DNA from: Eledone cirrhosa
Lineage: Eukaryota
Reading direction: 5' to 3'
Length of the DNA stretch: 64,000 nt
NCBI GenBank assembly: GCA_964016885.1
Contig: OZ024745.1
Span: 186,001 to 250,000 of the forward strand
Numbering within the stretch: position 1 is the stretch's first letter; every line of letters starts with the position of its first letter. The position numbers were made by a program, and so were the translations under genes. The notes beneath the pieces were generated by a model. It was not told the origin of the DNA, made no database searches, and was given only the letters and a program-made list of their open reading frames with translations. Positions 11,473 through 25,242 of the stretch are shown here, piece by piece.

Positions 11473-14400
11473 TCAGACACCAGGCCACGAGGTCAGTAGC
11501 TTAAGTGGACACACACCAGGCCATGAGGTCAGTAGCTTGAGTGGACACACACCAGGCTGAGAGGTCAGTAGCTTAAGTGGACACACACCAGGCTAAGAGG
11601 TCAGTAGCTTGAGTGAACACACACCAGGCTGAGAGGTCAGTAGCTTGAGTGGACACACACCAGGCTGAGAGGTCAGTAGCTTAAGTGGACACACACCAGG
11701 CTAAGAGGTCAGTAGCTTGAGTGAACACACACCAGGCTGAGAGGTCAGTAGCTTGAGTGAACACACACCAGGCTGAGAGGTCAGTAGCTTGAGTGGACAC
11801 ACACCAGGCTGAGAGGTCAGTAGCTTGAGTGAACACACACCAGGCTGAGAGGTCAGTAGCTTAAGTGGACACACACCAGGCTAAGAGGTCAGTAGCTTGA
11901 GTGAACACACACCAGGCTGAGAGGTCAGTAGCTTGAGTGAACACACACCAGGCTGAGAGGTCAGTAGCTTGAGTGAACACACACCAGGCTGAGAGGTCAG
12001 TAGCTTGAGTGAACACACACCAGGCTAAGAGGTCAGTAGCTTGAGTGGACACACACCAGGCTAAGAGGTCAGTAGCTTGAGTGAACACACACCAGGCTGA
12101 GAGGTCAGTAGCTTGAGTGGACACACACCAGGCTGAGAGGTCAGTAGCTTAAGTGGACACACACCAGGCTAAGAGGTCAGTAGCTTGAGTGAACACACAC
12201 CAGGCTGAGAGGTCAGTAGCTTGAGTGGACACAGACACCAGGCTGAGAGGTCAGTAGCTTGAGTGGACACAGACATCAGGCTGAGAGGTCAGTAGCTTGA
12301 GTGGACACAGACACCAGGCTACGAGGTCAGTAGCTTGAGTGGACACAGACACCAGGCTGAGAGGTCAGTAGCTTGAGTGGACACAGACACCAGGCTGAGA
12401 GGTCAGTAGCTTGAGTGGACACTGACACCAGGCTACGAGGTCAGTAGCTTGAGTGGACACAGACACCAGGCTACGAGGTCAGTAGCTTGAGTGGACACAG
12501 ACACCAGGCTGAGAGGTCAGTAGCTTGAGTGGACACTGACACCAGGCTACGAGGTCAGTAGCTTGAGTGGACACAGACACCAGGCTACGAGGTCAGTAGC
12601 TTGAGTGGACACAGACACCAGGCTACGAGGTCAGTAGCTTGAGTGGACACAGACACCAGGCTGAGAGGTCAGTGGCTTGAGTGGACACAGACACCAGGCT
12701 GAGAGGTCAGTAGCTTGAGTGGACACACACCAGGCTACGAGGTCAGTAGCTTGAGTGGACACAGACACCTGGTTGAGAGGTCAGTAGCTTGAGTGGACAC
12801 TGACACAAGGCTGAGAGGTCAGTAGCTTGAGTGGACAGACACCAGGCTACGAGGTCAGTAGCTTGAGTAGACAGACACCAGGCTACGAGGTCAGTAGTTT
12901 GAGTGGACACTGACACCTGGTTGAGGGGTCAGTAGCTTGAGTGGACACTGACACCAGGCTACGAGGTCAGTAGCTTGAGTGGACAGACACCAGGCTACGA
13001 GGTCAGTAGCTTGAGTGGACACACACCAGGCTACGAGGTCAGTAGCTTGAGTGGACAGACACCAGGCTACGAGGTCAGTAGTTTGAGTGGACACTGACAT
13101 CTGGTTGAGAGGTCAGTAGCTTGAGTGGACACTGACACCAGGCTGAGGGGTCAGTAGCTTGAGTGGACACAGACACCAGGTTGAGGGGTCAGTAGCTTGA
13201 GTGGACACTGACACCAGGCTGAGAGGTCAGTAGCTTGAGTGGACAGACACCTGGTTGAGAGGTCAGTAGCTTGAGTGGACACTGACACCTGGTTGAGGGG
13301 TCAGTAGCTTGAGTGGACAGACACCAGGCTGAGAGGTCAGTAGCTTGAGTGGACACTGACACCAGGCTACGAGGTCAGTAGCTTGAGTGGACACACACCA
13401 GGCTGAGAGGTCAGTAGCTTGAGTGGACACTGACACCAGGCTGAGAGGTCAGTAGCTTGAGTGGACACAGACACCAGGCTACGAGGTCAGTAGCTTGAGT
13501 GGACACAGACACCAGGCTACGAGGTCAGTAGCTTGAGTGGACACAGACACCAGGCTGAGAGGTCAGTAGCTTGAGTAGACACAGACACCAGGCCACGAGG
13601 TCAGTAGCTTGAGTGGACACACACCAGGCTACGAGGTCAGTAGCTTGAGTGGACAGACACCAGGCTATGAGGTCAGTAGTTGGAGTGGACACTGACACAA
13701 GGCTGAGAGGTCAGTAGCTTGAGTGGACACAGACACCAGGCTGAGAGGCCAGTAGCTTGAGTGGACACTGACACCAGGCTGAGAGGTCAGTAGCTTGAGT
13801 GGACACTGACAAGGCTGAGGGGTCAGTAGCTTGAGTGGACACAGACACCAGGCTGAGAGGTCAGTAGCTTGAGTGGACACAGACACCAGGCTAAGAGGTC
13901 AGTAGCTTGAGTGGACACAGACACCAGGCTGAGAGGCCAGTAGCTTGAGTGGACACTGACGCCAGGCTGAGAGGTCAGTAGCTTGAGTGGACACTGACAC
14001 AAGGCTGAGAGGTCAGTAGCTTGAGTGGACACAGACACCAGGCTAAGAGGTCAGTAGCTTGAGTGGACAGACACCAGGCTAAGAGGTCAGTAGCTTGAGT
14101 GGACACAGACACCAGGCTGAGAGGTCAGTAGCTTGAGTGGACACAGACACAAGGCTGAGGGGTCAGTAGCTTGAGTGGACACTGACACCTGGTTGAGGGG
14201 TCAGTAGCTTGAGTGGACACAGACACCAGGCTGAGAGGTCAGTAGCTTGAGTGGACACTGACACCAGGCTGAGAGATCAGTAGCTTGAGTGGACACAGAC
14301 ACCAGGCTGAGAGGTCAGTAGCTTGAGTGGACACTGACACCTGGTTGAGGGGTCAGTAGCTTGAGTGGACACAGACACCAGGCTGAGAGGTCAGTAGCTT

Positions 14401-17400
14401 GAGTGGACACTGACACCAGGCCACGAGGTCAGTAGCTTGAGTGGACACAGACACCAGGCTGAGAGGTCAGTAGCTTGAGTGGACACTGACACCAGGCTGA
14501 GAGATCAGTAGCTTGAGTGGACACAGACACCAGGCTGAGAGGTCAGTAGCTTGAGTGGACACTGACACCTGGTTGAGGGGTCAGTAGCTTGAGTGGACAC
14601 AGACACCAGGCTGAGAGGTCAGTAGCTTGAGTGGACACTGACTCCAGGCCACGAGGTCAGTAGCTTGAGTGGACACAGACACCAGGCTGAGAGGTCAGTA
14701 GCTTGAGTGGACACTGACACCTGGTTGAGAGGTCAGTAGCTTGAGTGGACAGACACCAGGCTGAGATGTCAGTAGCTTGAGTGGACACTGACACCTGGTT
14801 GAAGGGTCAGTAGCTTGAGTGGACACAGACACCAGGCTGAGAGGTCAGTAGCTTGAGTGGACACAGACACCAGGCTGAGAGGTCAGTAGCTTGAGTGGAC
14901 ACTGACACAAGGCTGAGAGGTCAGTAGCTTGAGTGGACACTTACACCAGGCTGAGAGGTCAGTAGCTTGAGTGGACAGACACCTGGTTGAGAGGTCAGTA
15001 GCTTGAGTGGGCACTGACACCAGGCTGAGAGGTCAGTAGCTTGAGTGGACACAGACACCAGGCTGAGGGGTCAGTAGCTTGAGTGGACACTGACACCTGG
15101 TTGAGGGGTCAGTAGCTTGAGTGGACAGACACCTGGTTGAGGGGTCAGTAGCTTGAGTGGACACAGACACCAGGCTGAGAGGTCAGTAGCTTGAGTGGAC
15201 ACTGACACCTGGTTGAGGGGTCAGTAGCTTGAGTGGACACAGACACCAGGCTGAGAGGTCAGTAGCTTGAGTGGACACAGACACCTGGTTGAGAGGTCAG
15301 TAGCTTGAGTGGACACTGACACCAGGCTGAGAGGTCAGTAGCTTGAGTGGACACAGACACCAGGCTGAGAGGTCAGTAGCTTGAGTGGACACAGACACCA
15401 GGCTGAAAGGTCAGTAGCTTGAGTGGACACAGACACCAGGCTGAGAAGTCAGTAGCTTGAGTGGACACAGACACCAGGCCACGAGGTCAGTAGCTTGAGT
15501 GGACAGACACCAGGCTGAGAGGTCAGTAGCTTGAGTGGACACACACCAGGCTGAGAGATCAGTAGCTTGAGTGGACACAGACACCAGGCCACGAGGTCAG
15601 TAGCTTGAGTGGACACAGACACCAGGCCACGAGGTCAGTAGCTTGAGTGGACACACACCAGGCTACGAGGTCAGTAGCTTGAGTGGACACAGACACGAGG
15701 CCAGTAGCTTGAGTGGACACCGACACCAGGCTACGAGGTCAGTAGCTTGAGTGGACACAGACACCAGGCTGAGAGGTCAGTAGCTTGAGTGGACACAGAC
15801 ACCAGGCTGAAAGGTCAGTAGCTTGAGTAGACACAGACACCTGGTTGAGAGGTCAGTAGCTTGAGTGGACACAGACACCAGGCTACGAGGTCAGTAGCTT
15901 GAGTGGACACAGACACCTGGTTGAGAGGTCAGTAGCTTGAGTGGACACAGACACCAGGCTACGAGGTCAGTAGCTTGAGTGGACACAGACACCAGGCTGA
16001 GAGGTCAGTAGCTTGAGTAGACACAGACACCAGGCTGAGAGGTCAGTAGCTTGAGTAGACACAGACACCAGGCTACGAGGTCAGTAGCTTGAGTAGACAC
16101 AGACACCAGGCTACGAGGTCAGTAGCTTGAGTGGACACAGACACCAGGCTGAGAGGTCAGTAGCTTGAGTAGACACAGACACCAGGCCACGAGGTCAGTA
16201 GCTTGAGTGGACACACACCAGGCTGAGAGGCCAGTAGCTTGAGTAGACACTGACACCAGGCTGAGAGGTCAGTAGCTTGAGTAGACACAGACACCAGGCT
16301 ACGAGGTCAGTAGCTTGAGTGGACACAGACACCAGGCTACGAGGTCAGTAGCTTGAGTGGACACAGACACCAGGCTACGAGGTCAGTAGCTTGAGTGGAC
16401 ACAGACACCAGGCTGAAAGGTCAGTAGCTTGAGTAGACACAGACACCAGGCTGAGAGGTCAGTAGCTTGAGTGGACACAGACACCAGGCTACGAGGTCAG
16501 TAGCTTGAGTGGACACAGACACCAGGCTACGAGGTCAGTAGCTTGAGTGGACACAGACACCAAGCCACGAGGTCAGTAGCTTGAGTGGACACACACCAGG
16601 CTACGAGGTCAGTAGCTTGAGTGGACAGACACCAGGCTACGAGGTCAGTAGCTTGAGTGGACACAGACACCAGGCCACGAGGTCAGTAGCTTGAGTGGAC
16701 AGACACCAGGCCACGAGGTCAGTAGCTTGAGTGGACACAGACACCAGGCTACGAGGTCAGTAGCTTGAGTGGACACAGACACCAGGCTACGAGGTCAGTA
16801 ACTTGAGTGGACACAGACACCAGGCCACGAGGTCAGTAGCTTGAGTGGACACACACCAGGCTACGAGGTCAGTAGCTTGAGTGGACAGACACCAGGCTAC
16901 GAGGTCAGTAGTTTGAGTGGACACAGACACCAGGCTGAGAGGCCAGTAGCTTGAGTGGACACAGACACCAGGCTGAGAGGCCAGTAGCTTGAGTGGACAC
17001 TGACACCAGGCTGAGGGGTCAGTAGCTTGAGTGGACACAGACACAAGGCTGAGGGGTCAGTAGCTTGAGTGGACACAGACACCAGGCTGAGAGGTCAGTA
17101 GCTTGAGTGGACATAGACACAAGGCTGAGGGGTCAGTAGCTTGAGTGGACACTGACACCAGGCTGAGAGGTCAGTAGCTTGAGTGGACACTGACACAAGG
17201 CTGAGAGGTCAGTAGCTTGAGTGGACACAGACACCAGGTTGAGGAGTCAGTAGCTTGAGTGGACACTGACACCTGGTTGAGGAGTCAGTAGCTTGAGTGG
17301 ACACAGACACCAGGCTGAGAGGTCAGTAGCTTGAGTGGACACTGACACCAGGCCACGAGGTCAGTAGCTTGAGTGGACACAGACACCAGGCTGAGAGGTC

Positions 17401-20400
17401 AGTAGCTTGAGTGGACACAGACACCAGGCTAAGAGGTCAGTAGCTTGAGTGGACACAGACACAAGGCTGAGGGGTCAGTAGCTTGAGTGGACAGAGATAC
17501 CAGGCTAAGAGGTCAGTAGCTTGAGTGGACACAGACACAAGGCTGAGGGGTCAGTAGCTTGAGTGGACACTGACACCAGGCTGAGAGGTCAGTAGCTTGA
17601 GTGGACACTGACACAAGGCTGAGAGGTCAGTAGCTTGAGTGGACACAGACACCAGGCTAAGAGGTCAGTGGCTTGAGTGGACACTGACACCTGGTTGAGG
17701 GGTCAGTACCTTGAGTGGACACAGACACCAGGCCACGAGGTCAGTAGCTTGAGTGGACAGACACCAGGCTGAGAGGTCAGTAGCTTGAGTGGACACTGAC
17801 ACCAGGCTGAGAGATCAGTAGCTTGAGTGGACACAGACACCAGGCTGAGAGGTCAGTAGCTTGAGTGGACACTGACACCAGGCCACGAGGTCAGTAGCTT
17901 GAGTGGACACAGACACCAGGCTGAGAGGTCAGTAGCTTCAGTGGACACTGACACCTCGTTGAGAGGTCAGTAGCTTGAGTGGACAGACACCAGGCTGAGA
18001 GGTCAGTAGCTTGAGTGGACACTGACACCTGGTTGAAGGGTCAGTAGCTTGAGTGGACACTGACACCAGGCTGAGAGGTCAGTAGCTTGAGTGGACACTG
18101 ACACCAGGCTGAGAGGTTAGTAGCTTGAGTGGACACTGACACAAGGCTGAGAGGTCAGTAGCTTGAGTGGACACTGACACCAGGCTGAGAGGTCAGTAGC
18201 TTGAGTGGACACACACCAGGCTGAGAGGTCAGTAGCTTGAGTCGACACAGACACCTGGTTGAGAGGTCAGTAGCTTGAGTGGACACAGACACCAGGCTGA
18301 GGGGTCAGTAGCTTGAGTGGACACTGACACCTGGTTGAGGGGTCAGTAGCTTGAGTGGACACAGACACCTGGTTGAGGGGTCAGTAGCTTGAGTGGACAC
18401 AGACACCAGGCTGAGAGGTCAGTAGCTTGAGTGGACACTGACACCTGGTTGAGGGGTCAGTAGCTTGAGTGGACACAGACACCAGGCTGAGAGGTCAGTA
18501 GCTTGAGTGGACACAGACACCTGGTTGAGAGGTCAGTAGCTTGAGTGGACACTGACACCAGGCTGAGAGGTCAGTAGCTTGAGTGGACACAGACACCAGG
18601 CTGAGAGGTCAGTAGCTTGAGTGGACACAGACACCAGGCTGAAAGGTCAGTAGCTTGAGTGGACACAGACACCAGGCTGAGAAGTCAGTAGCTTGAGTGG
18701 ACACAGACACCAGGCCACGAGGTCAGTAGCTTGAGTGGACAGACACCAGGCTGAGAGGTCAGTAGCTTGAGTGGACACACACCAGGCTACGAGGTCAGTA
18801 GCTTGAGTGGACACTGACACCAGGCTGAGAGGTCAGTAGCTTGAGTGGACACAGACACCAGGCTGAGAGGTCAGTAGCTTGAGTGGACACAGACACCATG
18901 CTGAAAGGTCAGTAGCTTGAGTGGACACAGACACCAGGCTGAGAGATCAGTAGCTTGAGTGGACACAGACACCAGGCCACGAGGTCAGTAGCTTGAGTGG
19001 ACACAGACAGCAGGCCACGAGGTCAGTAGCTTGAGTGGACACACACCAGGCTACGAGGTCAGTAGCTTGAGTGGACACAGACACGAGGCCAGTAGCTTGA
19101 GTGGACACCGACACCAGGCTGAGAGGGCAGTAGCTCGAGTGGACACAGACACCAGGCTGAGAGGTCAGTAGCTTGAGTGGACACTGACACCAGGCCACGA
19201 GGTCAGTAGCTTGAGTGGACACAGACACCAGGCTGAGAGGTCAGTAGCTTGAGTGGACACTGACACCTGGTTGAGAGGTCAGTAGCTTGAGTGGACAGAC
19301 ACCAGGCTGAGAGGTCAGTAGCTTGAGTGGACACTGACACCTGGTTGAAGGGTCAGTAGCTTGAGTGGACACTGACACCAGGCTGAGAGGTCAGTAGCTT
19401 GAGTGGACACTGACACCAGGCTGAGAGGTCAGTAGCTTGAGTGGACACTGACACAAGGCTGAGAGGTCAGTAGCTTGAGTGGACACTGACACCAGGCTGA
19501 GAGGTCAGTAGCTTGAGTGGACACACACCAGGCTGAGAGGTCAGTAGCTTGAGTCGACACAGACACCTGGTTGAGAGGTCAGTCGCTTGAGTGGACACAG
19601 ACACCAGGCTGAGGGGTCAGTAGCTTGAGTGGACACTGACACCTGGTTGAGGGGTCAGTAGCTTGAGTGGACACAGACACCTGGTTGAGGGGTCAGTAGC
19701 TTGAGTGGACACAGACACCAGGCTGAGAGGTCAGTAGCTTGAGTGGACACAGACACCTGGTTGAGGGGTCAGTAGCTTGAGTGGACACAGACACCAGGCT
19801 GAGAGGTCAGTAGCTTGAGTGGACACAGACACCTGGTTGAGAGGTCAGTAGCTTGAGTGGACACTGACACCAGGCTGAGAGGTCAGTAGCTTGAGTGGAC
19901 ACAGACACCAGGCTGAGAGGTCAGTAGCTTGAGTGGACACAGACACCAGGCTGAAAGGTCAGTAGCTTGAGTGGACACAGACACCAGGCTGAGAAGTCAG
20001 TAGCTTGAGTGGACACAGACACCAGGCCACGAGGTCAGTAGCTTGAGTGGACAGACACCAGGCTGAGAGGTCAGTAGCTTGAGTGGACACACACCAGGCT
20101 ACGAGGTCAGTAGCTTGAGTGGACACTGACACCAGGCTGAGAGGTCAGTAGCTTGAGTGGACACAGACACCAGGCTGAGAGGTCAGTAGCTTGAGTGGAC
20201 ACACACACCAGGCTAAGAGGTCAGTAGCTTGAGTGGACACAGACACCAGGCTAAGAGGTCAGTAGCTTGAGTGGACACAGACACCAGGCTGAGAGATCAG
20301 TAGCTTGAGTGGACACAGACACCAGGCCACGAGGTCAGTAGCTTGAGTGGACACAGACACCAGGCCACGAGGTCAGTAGCTTGAGTGGACACACACCAGG

Positions 20401-22037
20401 CTACGAGGTCAGTAGCTTGAGTGGACAGAGACACGAGGCCAGTAGCTTGAGTGGACACCGACACCAGGCTGAGAGGGCAGTAGCTTGAGTGGACACAGAC
20501 ACCAGGCTGAGAGGTCAGTAGCTTGAGTGGACACAGACACCAGGCTGAAAGGTCAGTAGCTTGAGTAGACACAGACACCTGGTTGAGAGGTCAGTAGCTT
20601 GAGTGGACACAGACACCAGGCTACGAGGTCAGTAGCTTGAGTGGACACTGACACCAGGCTACGAGGTCAGTAGCTTGAGTGGACACAGACACCAGGCTAC
20701 GAGGTCAGTAGCTTGAGTGGACACAGACACCTGGTTGAGAGGTCAGTAGCTTGAGTGGACACAGACACCAGGCTACGAGGTCAGTAGCTTGAGTGGACAC
20801 ACACCAGGCTACGAGGTCAGTAGTTTGAGTGGACACTGACACAAGGCTGACAGGTCAGTAGCTTGAGTGGACACAGACACCAGGCTGAGAGGCCAGTAGC
20901 TTGAGTGGTCACTGACACCAGGCTGAGAGGTCAGTAGCTTGAGTGGACACAGACACAAGGCTGAGAGGTCAGTAGCTTGAGTGGACACACACCAGGCTGA
21001 GAGGTCAGTAGCTTGAGTGGACACACACCAGGCTGAGAGGTCAGTAGCTTGAGTCGAGACAGACACCTGGTTGAGAGGTCAGTAGCTTGAGTGGACACAG
21101 ACACCTGGCTGAGAGGTCAGTAGCTTGAGTGGACACTGACACCTGGTTGAGGGGTCAGTAGCTTGAGTGGACACAGACCAGGCTGAGAGGTCAGTAGCTT
21201 GAGTGGACACAGACACCAGGCTGAGGGGTCAGTAGCTTGAGTGGACACTGACACCTGGTTGAGGTGTCAGTAGCTTGAGTGGACACAGACACCTGGTTGA
21301 GGGGTCAGTAGCTTGAGTGGACACAGACACCTGGTTGAGGGGTCAGTAGCTTGAGTGGACACAGACACCTGGTTGAGGGGTCAGTAGCTTGAGTGGACAC
21401 AGACACCAGGCTGAGAGGTCAGTAGCTTGAGTGGACACTGACACCTGGTTGAGGGGTCAGTAGCTTGAGTGGACACTGACACCTGGTTGAGGGGTCAGTA
21501 GCTTGAGTGGACACAGACACCAGGCTGAAAGTTCAGTAGCTTGAGTGGACACAGACACCAAGCTGAGAAGTCAGTAGCTTGAGTGGACACAGACACCAAG
21601 CTGAGAAGTCAGTAGCTTGAGTGGACACAGACACCAGGCCACGAGGTCAGTAGCTTGAGTGGACACCGACACCAGGCTGAGAGGTCAGTAGCTTGAGTGG
21701 ACACAGACACCAAGCTGAGAGGTCAGTAGCTTGAGTGGACACAGACACCAGGCTGAAAGGTCAGTAGCTTGAGTAGACACAGACACCTGGTTGAGGGGTC
21801 AGTAGCTTAAGTAGACACAGACACGAGGCCACGAGGTCAGTAGCTTGAGTGGACACTGACACTAGGCTGAGAGATCAGTAGCTTGAGTGGACACAGACAC
21901 GAGGCCAGTAGCTTGAGTAGACAGACACCTGGCTGAGGGGTCAGTAGCTTGAGTGGACACAGACACCATGCCACGAGGTCAGTAGCTTGAGTGGACACAG
22001 ACACCTGGCTGAGAGGTCAGTAGCTTGAGTGGACACA
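11473..22037 (+). repeat. Minisatellite 2: 38-bp unit (36-bp at the left edge), ~280 copies
   Basis: Unit GACACCAGGCTGAGAGGTCAGTAGCTTGAGTGGACACA. The first ~750 bp have a 36-bp period. Confidence 0.99.
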
Positions 22038-22084
22038 GTTTTACTGTGTGTTGTTACTGTATTACAGAGCACAGTTATGTGTAC

Positions 22085-22181
22085 CTTGGACACATGCAGT
22101 GTTATTTCTATTGTATTGAGAGTACACTCTGTAATATATGTATAGTGCTCAGTCGTTCTATTTTCTGTATACGGTGTATAT
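22085..22181 (-). CDS. Candidate host-gene exon (97 nt), product unknown: YTPYTENRTTEHYTYITECTLNTIEITLHVSK
   Basis: Acceptor TTTTAATGTTTTCCTTGCTAGCAG, donor AAG/GTACAC, and only one open frame. Phase-compatible with the candidate exon at 24105-24182. Confidence 0.35.
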
Positions 22182-22214
22182 CTGCTAGCAAGGAAAACAT
22201 TAAAATGATGAAAC

Positions 22215-22480
22215 ACAAAGACCCCAAAGAAAAAAATGTCTTCTAATTTATGTATCTATCCCCACAGATGACAATATATCAAGGAAATTATCCAAATATA
22301 AAGATCTGGAGAGAGAAATAACCCAAATGTGAATAAAAACAGAAACAATCCTTATAATAATAATAGGGGCTTTGGGAGTGATAAATACAGACAAATATGT
22401 AACCCAAACCCCAGAACAATACCAAAACAACACTGCATATACCCACATAGAACTGTGCTCAGTAATCAAGTGACAATAAA
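22215..22480 (+). mobile_element. Decayed 3' fragment of an RLE-endonuclease non-LTR retrotransposon (R4/Dong- or NeSL-like)
   Basis: Translates as KDPKEK..CLLIYVSIPTDDNISRKLSKYKDLEREITQM*IKTETILIIIIGALGVI, resembling the restriction-like endonuclease C-terminus (KxxKY..L...IGALG). Confidence 0.75.
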
Positions 22481-22624
22481 AGACTAATAAAAAAAATAAC
22501 GATTTCTAAAATAGGTTAGAGAGCTATACATATTTAGCAAGAACACAATAGTCTCCCAATCGCCAGTATATTGCTGGTATTTTATTGATCTGACAAAAGG
22601 GCTGAAGATAACGTTGATACTAGT

Positions 22625-22835
22625 AAATAATGGTTTCTGATTTAGGCACAAGGCTAACAATTTTGAGAGAAGGGAAAGTATATTAAATTGACCTCAGTAC
22701 GTTACTGGTACAATATTTTATCAACCCTGTAAGGATGAAAAGCAAAGCTAACCTTAGTGGGGTTTGAACTCAGAATGTAAAAGACCATAACTATATGCCA
22801 CAAAGCATGTTGTCTGAGGCTCTACTGGTTAACAA
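22625..22835 (-). mobile_element. Octopus-type SINE, reverse orientation
   Basis: TAGGCACAAGGCTAACAATTT...TACTGGTAC...TTTTATCAACCCTGTAAGGATGAAAAGCAAAG...TTTGAACTCAGAATG is the reverse complement of the 9790-9970 family. Confidence 0.8.
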
Positions 22836-22944
22836 TAATAATTAAAAATGGTGACTATATTACAACTACTACTAATCAGATGAAGACAGTCGGACAGATA
22901 TTGTAGAGTCCATAGTTGGGGGAAATAAAGTTGGTAATTATAGT

Positions 22945-23178
22945 TGTATATAGCTATAGTATTACTGCTATAGTATTACTGCTATACTATAGCTATAGTA
23001 TCACTACTATGTAAAGCTATAGTATAGTTATAGTATAGTAGTGTACAGCTATAGTATCACTACTCTGTGTAAAGCTATAGTATAGTTATAGTATAGCAGT
23101 GTACAGCTATAGTATCACTACTCTGTGTAAAGCTATAGTATAGTTATAGTATAGCAGTGTACAGCTATAGTATCAATA
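22945..23178 (+). repeat. Short 58-bp tandem repeat (~3 copies plus degenerate TATAG-rich edge)
   Basis: GTGTACAGCTATAGTATCA recurs at 23041, 23099 and 23157. Confidence 0.9.
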
Positions 23179-24104
23179 TTCTAGCTAATGGCTAAAAGCC
23201 ATATGAAATGAAGAATCTGAACGGTCTAAAGATAATGATAGTAATTCCAAGTTGGACATTAGTAAGCAATGACATTTAATCAATTTTATTAAGAGAAGAA
23301 CACAATATTTGCAACAAAATAATTAGAACCATATTGCTTTGGGGTGGGGTACTTTAAACTGATCAGAAAGAGAAAAAAAACAAGTCCTTCATAAACAGAT
23401 AAAAACCAAACAAAAATACACCAACCTAACTCTTAACACCCTCTGTGTGAACATTTTGTAACATTAAATAAATGAAATACTTCAGTTTTTTAATGTAGTT
23501 ATAGTACTGTGTATGTTTTGTGTTGCTAATGTAGTTTGGTACGGGCTGTTATCAGTTAATACATTTTGAATTATGTTATCAATATGAAATTGTTTTCCCT
23601 CATCTAAATTTCACTATTGTAAATTTTATTTTATACATTTCAATGTCAGGTTAACTTTAAAAATCCTGTACCACATGAAACCACATTAGCCATACAAAAC
23701 AGAACTATTTAAAATTAGTGTCTTTACTTTATTGCTATGAATCATTATTTTAGTTTATTGCAAATGTTCACATTATATCCACTAGTAACAATATAGGGGT
23801 GACATAGTGACATAGAGTGTGTCTCAAGTATTTTAAATCTAGCAGAGCCCATCTCTCTATTGTGCAAAGGAAGATACGGTATGATTGACCCCCCTGTGTG
23901 AAGGAAGATGTATTGTTGGCCCCTCTATCTGAGGCTTTTATTGAATCAATAAATTATATTTTATTGATTCAAGATATAAACATTTAAATTAACAAACCCA
24001 TTTTAGATATCTGTTAAGAGTTAAACTCAGTTCTACAATATTGTAAAGACAAGAAACTACTGTTGTAACTTGAAAACCTCCCCAAACTACAAGCTATGAT
24101 ATAC

Positions 24105-24182
24105 TTCTTGTTACAGCCCAGATCTCTATCATTGGTAACCTCTCTCAAAGAGGACCTGGTAACTGACAAAAGGTTATGTAAA
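24105..24182 (-). CDS. Candidate host-gene exon (78 nt), product unknown: LHNLLSVTRSSLREVTNDRDLGCNK
   Basis: Acceptor CACATTTTATTTCTCAG and a weak donor GAA/GTATAT. Phase 2-2; joins in frame to 22085-22181. Confidence 0.3.
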
Positions 24183-24779
24183 CTGAGAAATAAAATGTGC
24201 AGTCCAAATACATAATAAAACACCTGCATCATCATCATCCCTGTTAGGAATAGTTGGACAGGTCTTCACAACCCAAGTCGTTACTCAAGAGGGGTCACCA
24301 ACCTCTCGAATGGGCCAGTGCCCTGCATCTAACACACGTTCCATACTCTACATTTTATTGTGACACAGGCTCTAGAGAGGTCATTATGTGTTATGTCATT
24401 GACATAGCTAAAAGACCCTTCTCATCCTTTCTTTGACTTTCTATGGTTCGATGCCCTTCCAAGTCCTAGGAGCTGGTAATCCAATGTCAATCTACTTTTC
24501 ACTTCTGTACATTATTCTATGTACTACAATACATGCACCTTTGATGAGTTGTAGTGCACCTGAGCACTGTACACAATAATTTCTATTATCATTATATATG
24601 ACATTACACACAAAGATCCATTGACCGATAAATGGAACTTGCAAGAAAGGAGCTAGGATAGTTTTACATATCACACGCAATGCCTTAATTTTCTTATTTT
24701 CTCTAATTAGGTAATTAGAAACCAATGTTGTATTAACGTCTGTTTTAACAAATATTCTTGCTTTTTCTTTTACATTGCT

Positions 24780-24978
24780 TCAGTCAACACAGCTGGCAAA
24801 AATGAATTATACCAGTAATTCAAGGGGCCAGCCATGTCATACACTGTGTCATGCTGAATCGCCCTGAGAACTAGATTAAGGGTACACATATCTGAGGAAT
24901 ACTCAGCCTCTTAGATGGCAGTTCTGTTGATTGAATTAACTGGAGCACCTGTTCCCAGAAATGACAGAGGTCCAACAT
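24780..24978 (+). mobile_element. Decayed cephalopod-type SINE body and tail fragment
   Basis: CAGCTGGCAAAAATGA...GGCCAGCCATGTCATACACTGTGTCATGCTGAATCGCCCTGAGAACTAGATTAAGGGTACAC resembles octopus SINE bodies as I recall them. A reverse tail fragment appears at ~55265-55335. Confidence 0.55.
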
Positions 24979-25012
24979 AACTAATATTTTATTTCAACAC
25001 AGGAGGGTTTAG

Positions 25013-25242
25013 CCCTTTCATGACCATATTTCTAATGAAATATACTCTATTTTAATTAATTAATGAAGAATTTTGATGGATTTACTAACAATATTAATTA
25101 TTTCATTAGTAAGATAGTAACTTAATGTAAGGTGCTTATATAAAATTATGTTAGAAGATTTTAATTTAAATGGGAAATTTTTAATGGATGAATTAATTTC
25201 ATAGAACCAGAGCTGGTTTTGGCCAGGTTGGTAACTAAAGGG
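25013..25242. mobile_element. piggyBac-like MITE (230 bp) nested in a reverse SINE
   Basis: TIRs CCCTTTCATGACCA and TGGTAACTAAAGGG (11/14 match), flanked by TTAG and TTAA. The flanks rejoin as SINE sequence GGAGGG-TTAA-AGGTAATATTGACTTTAGCAGGATTTGAACTCA. Confidence 0.75.

Noticed and set aside
2591-22037. CRISPR-like arrays (36-46 bp periodicity)
   Set aside because: Units are head-to-tail with no unique spacers, there are no cas genes, and the context is eukaryotic.
23941-23972. 13-bp perfect inverted repeat TTGAATCAATAAA / TTTATTGATTCAA
   Set aside because: Short, AT-rich and isolated, with no TSD or family evidence.
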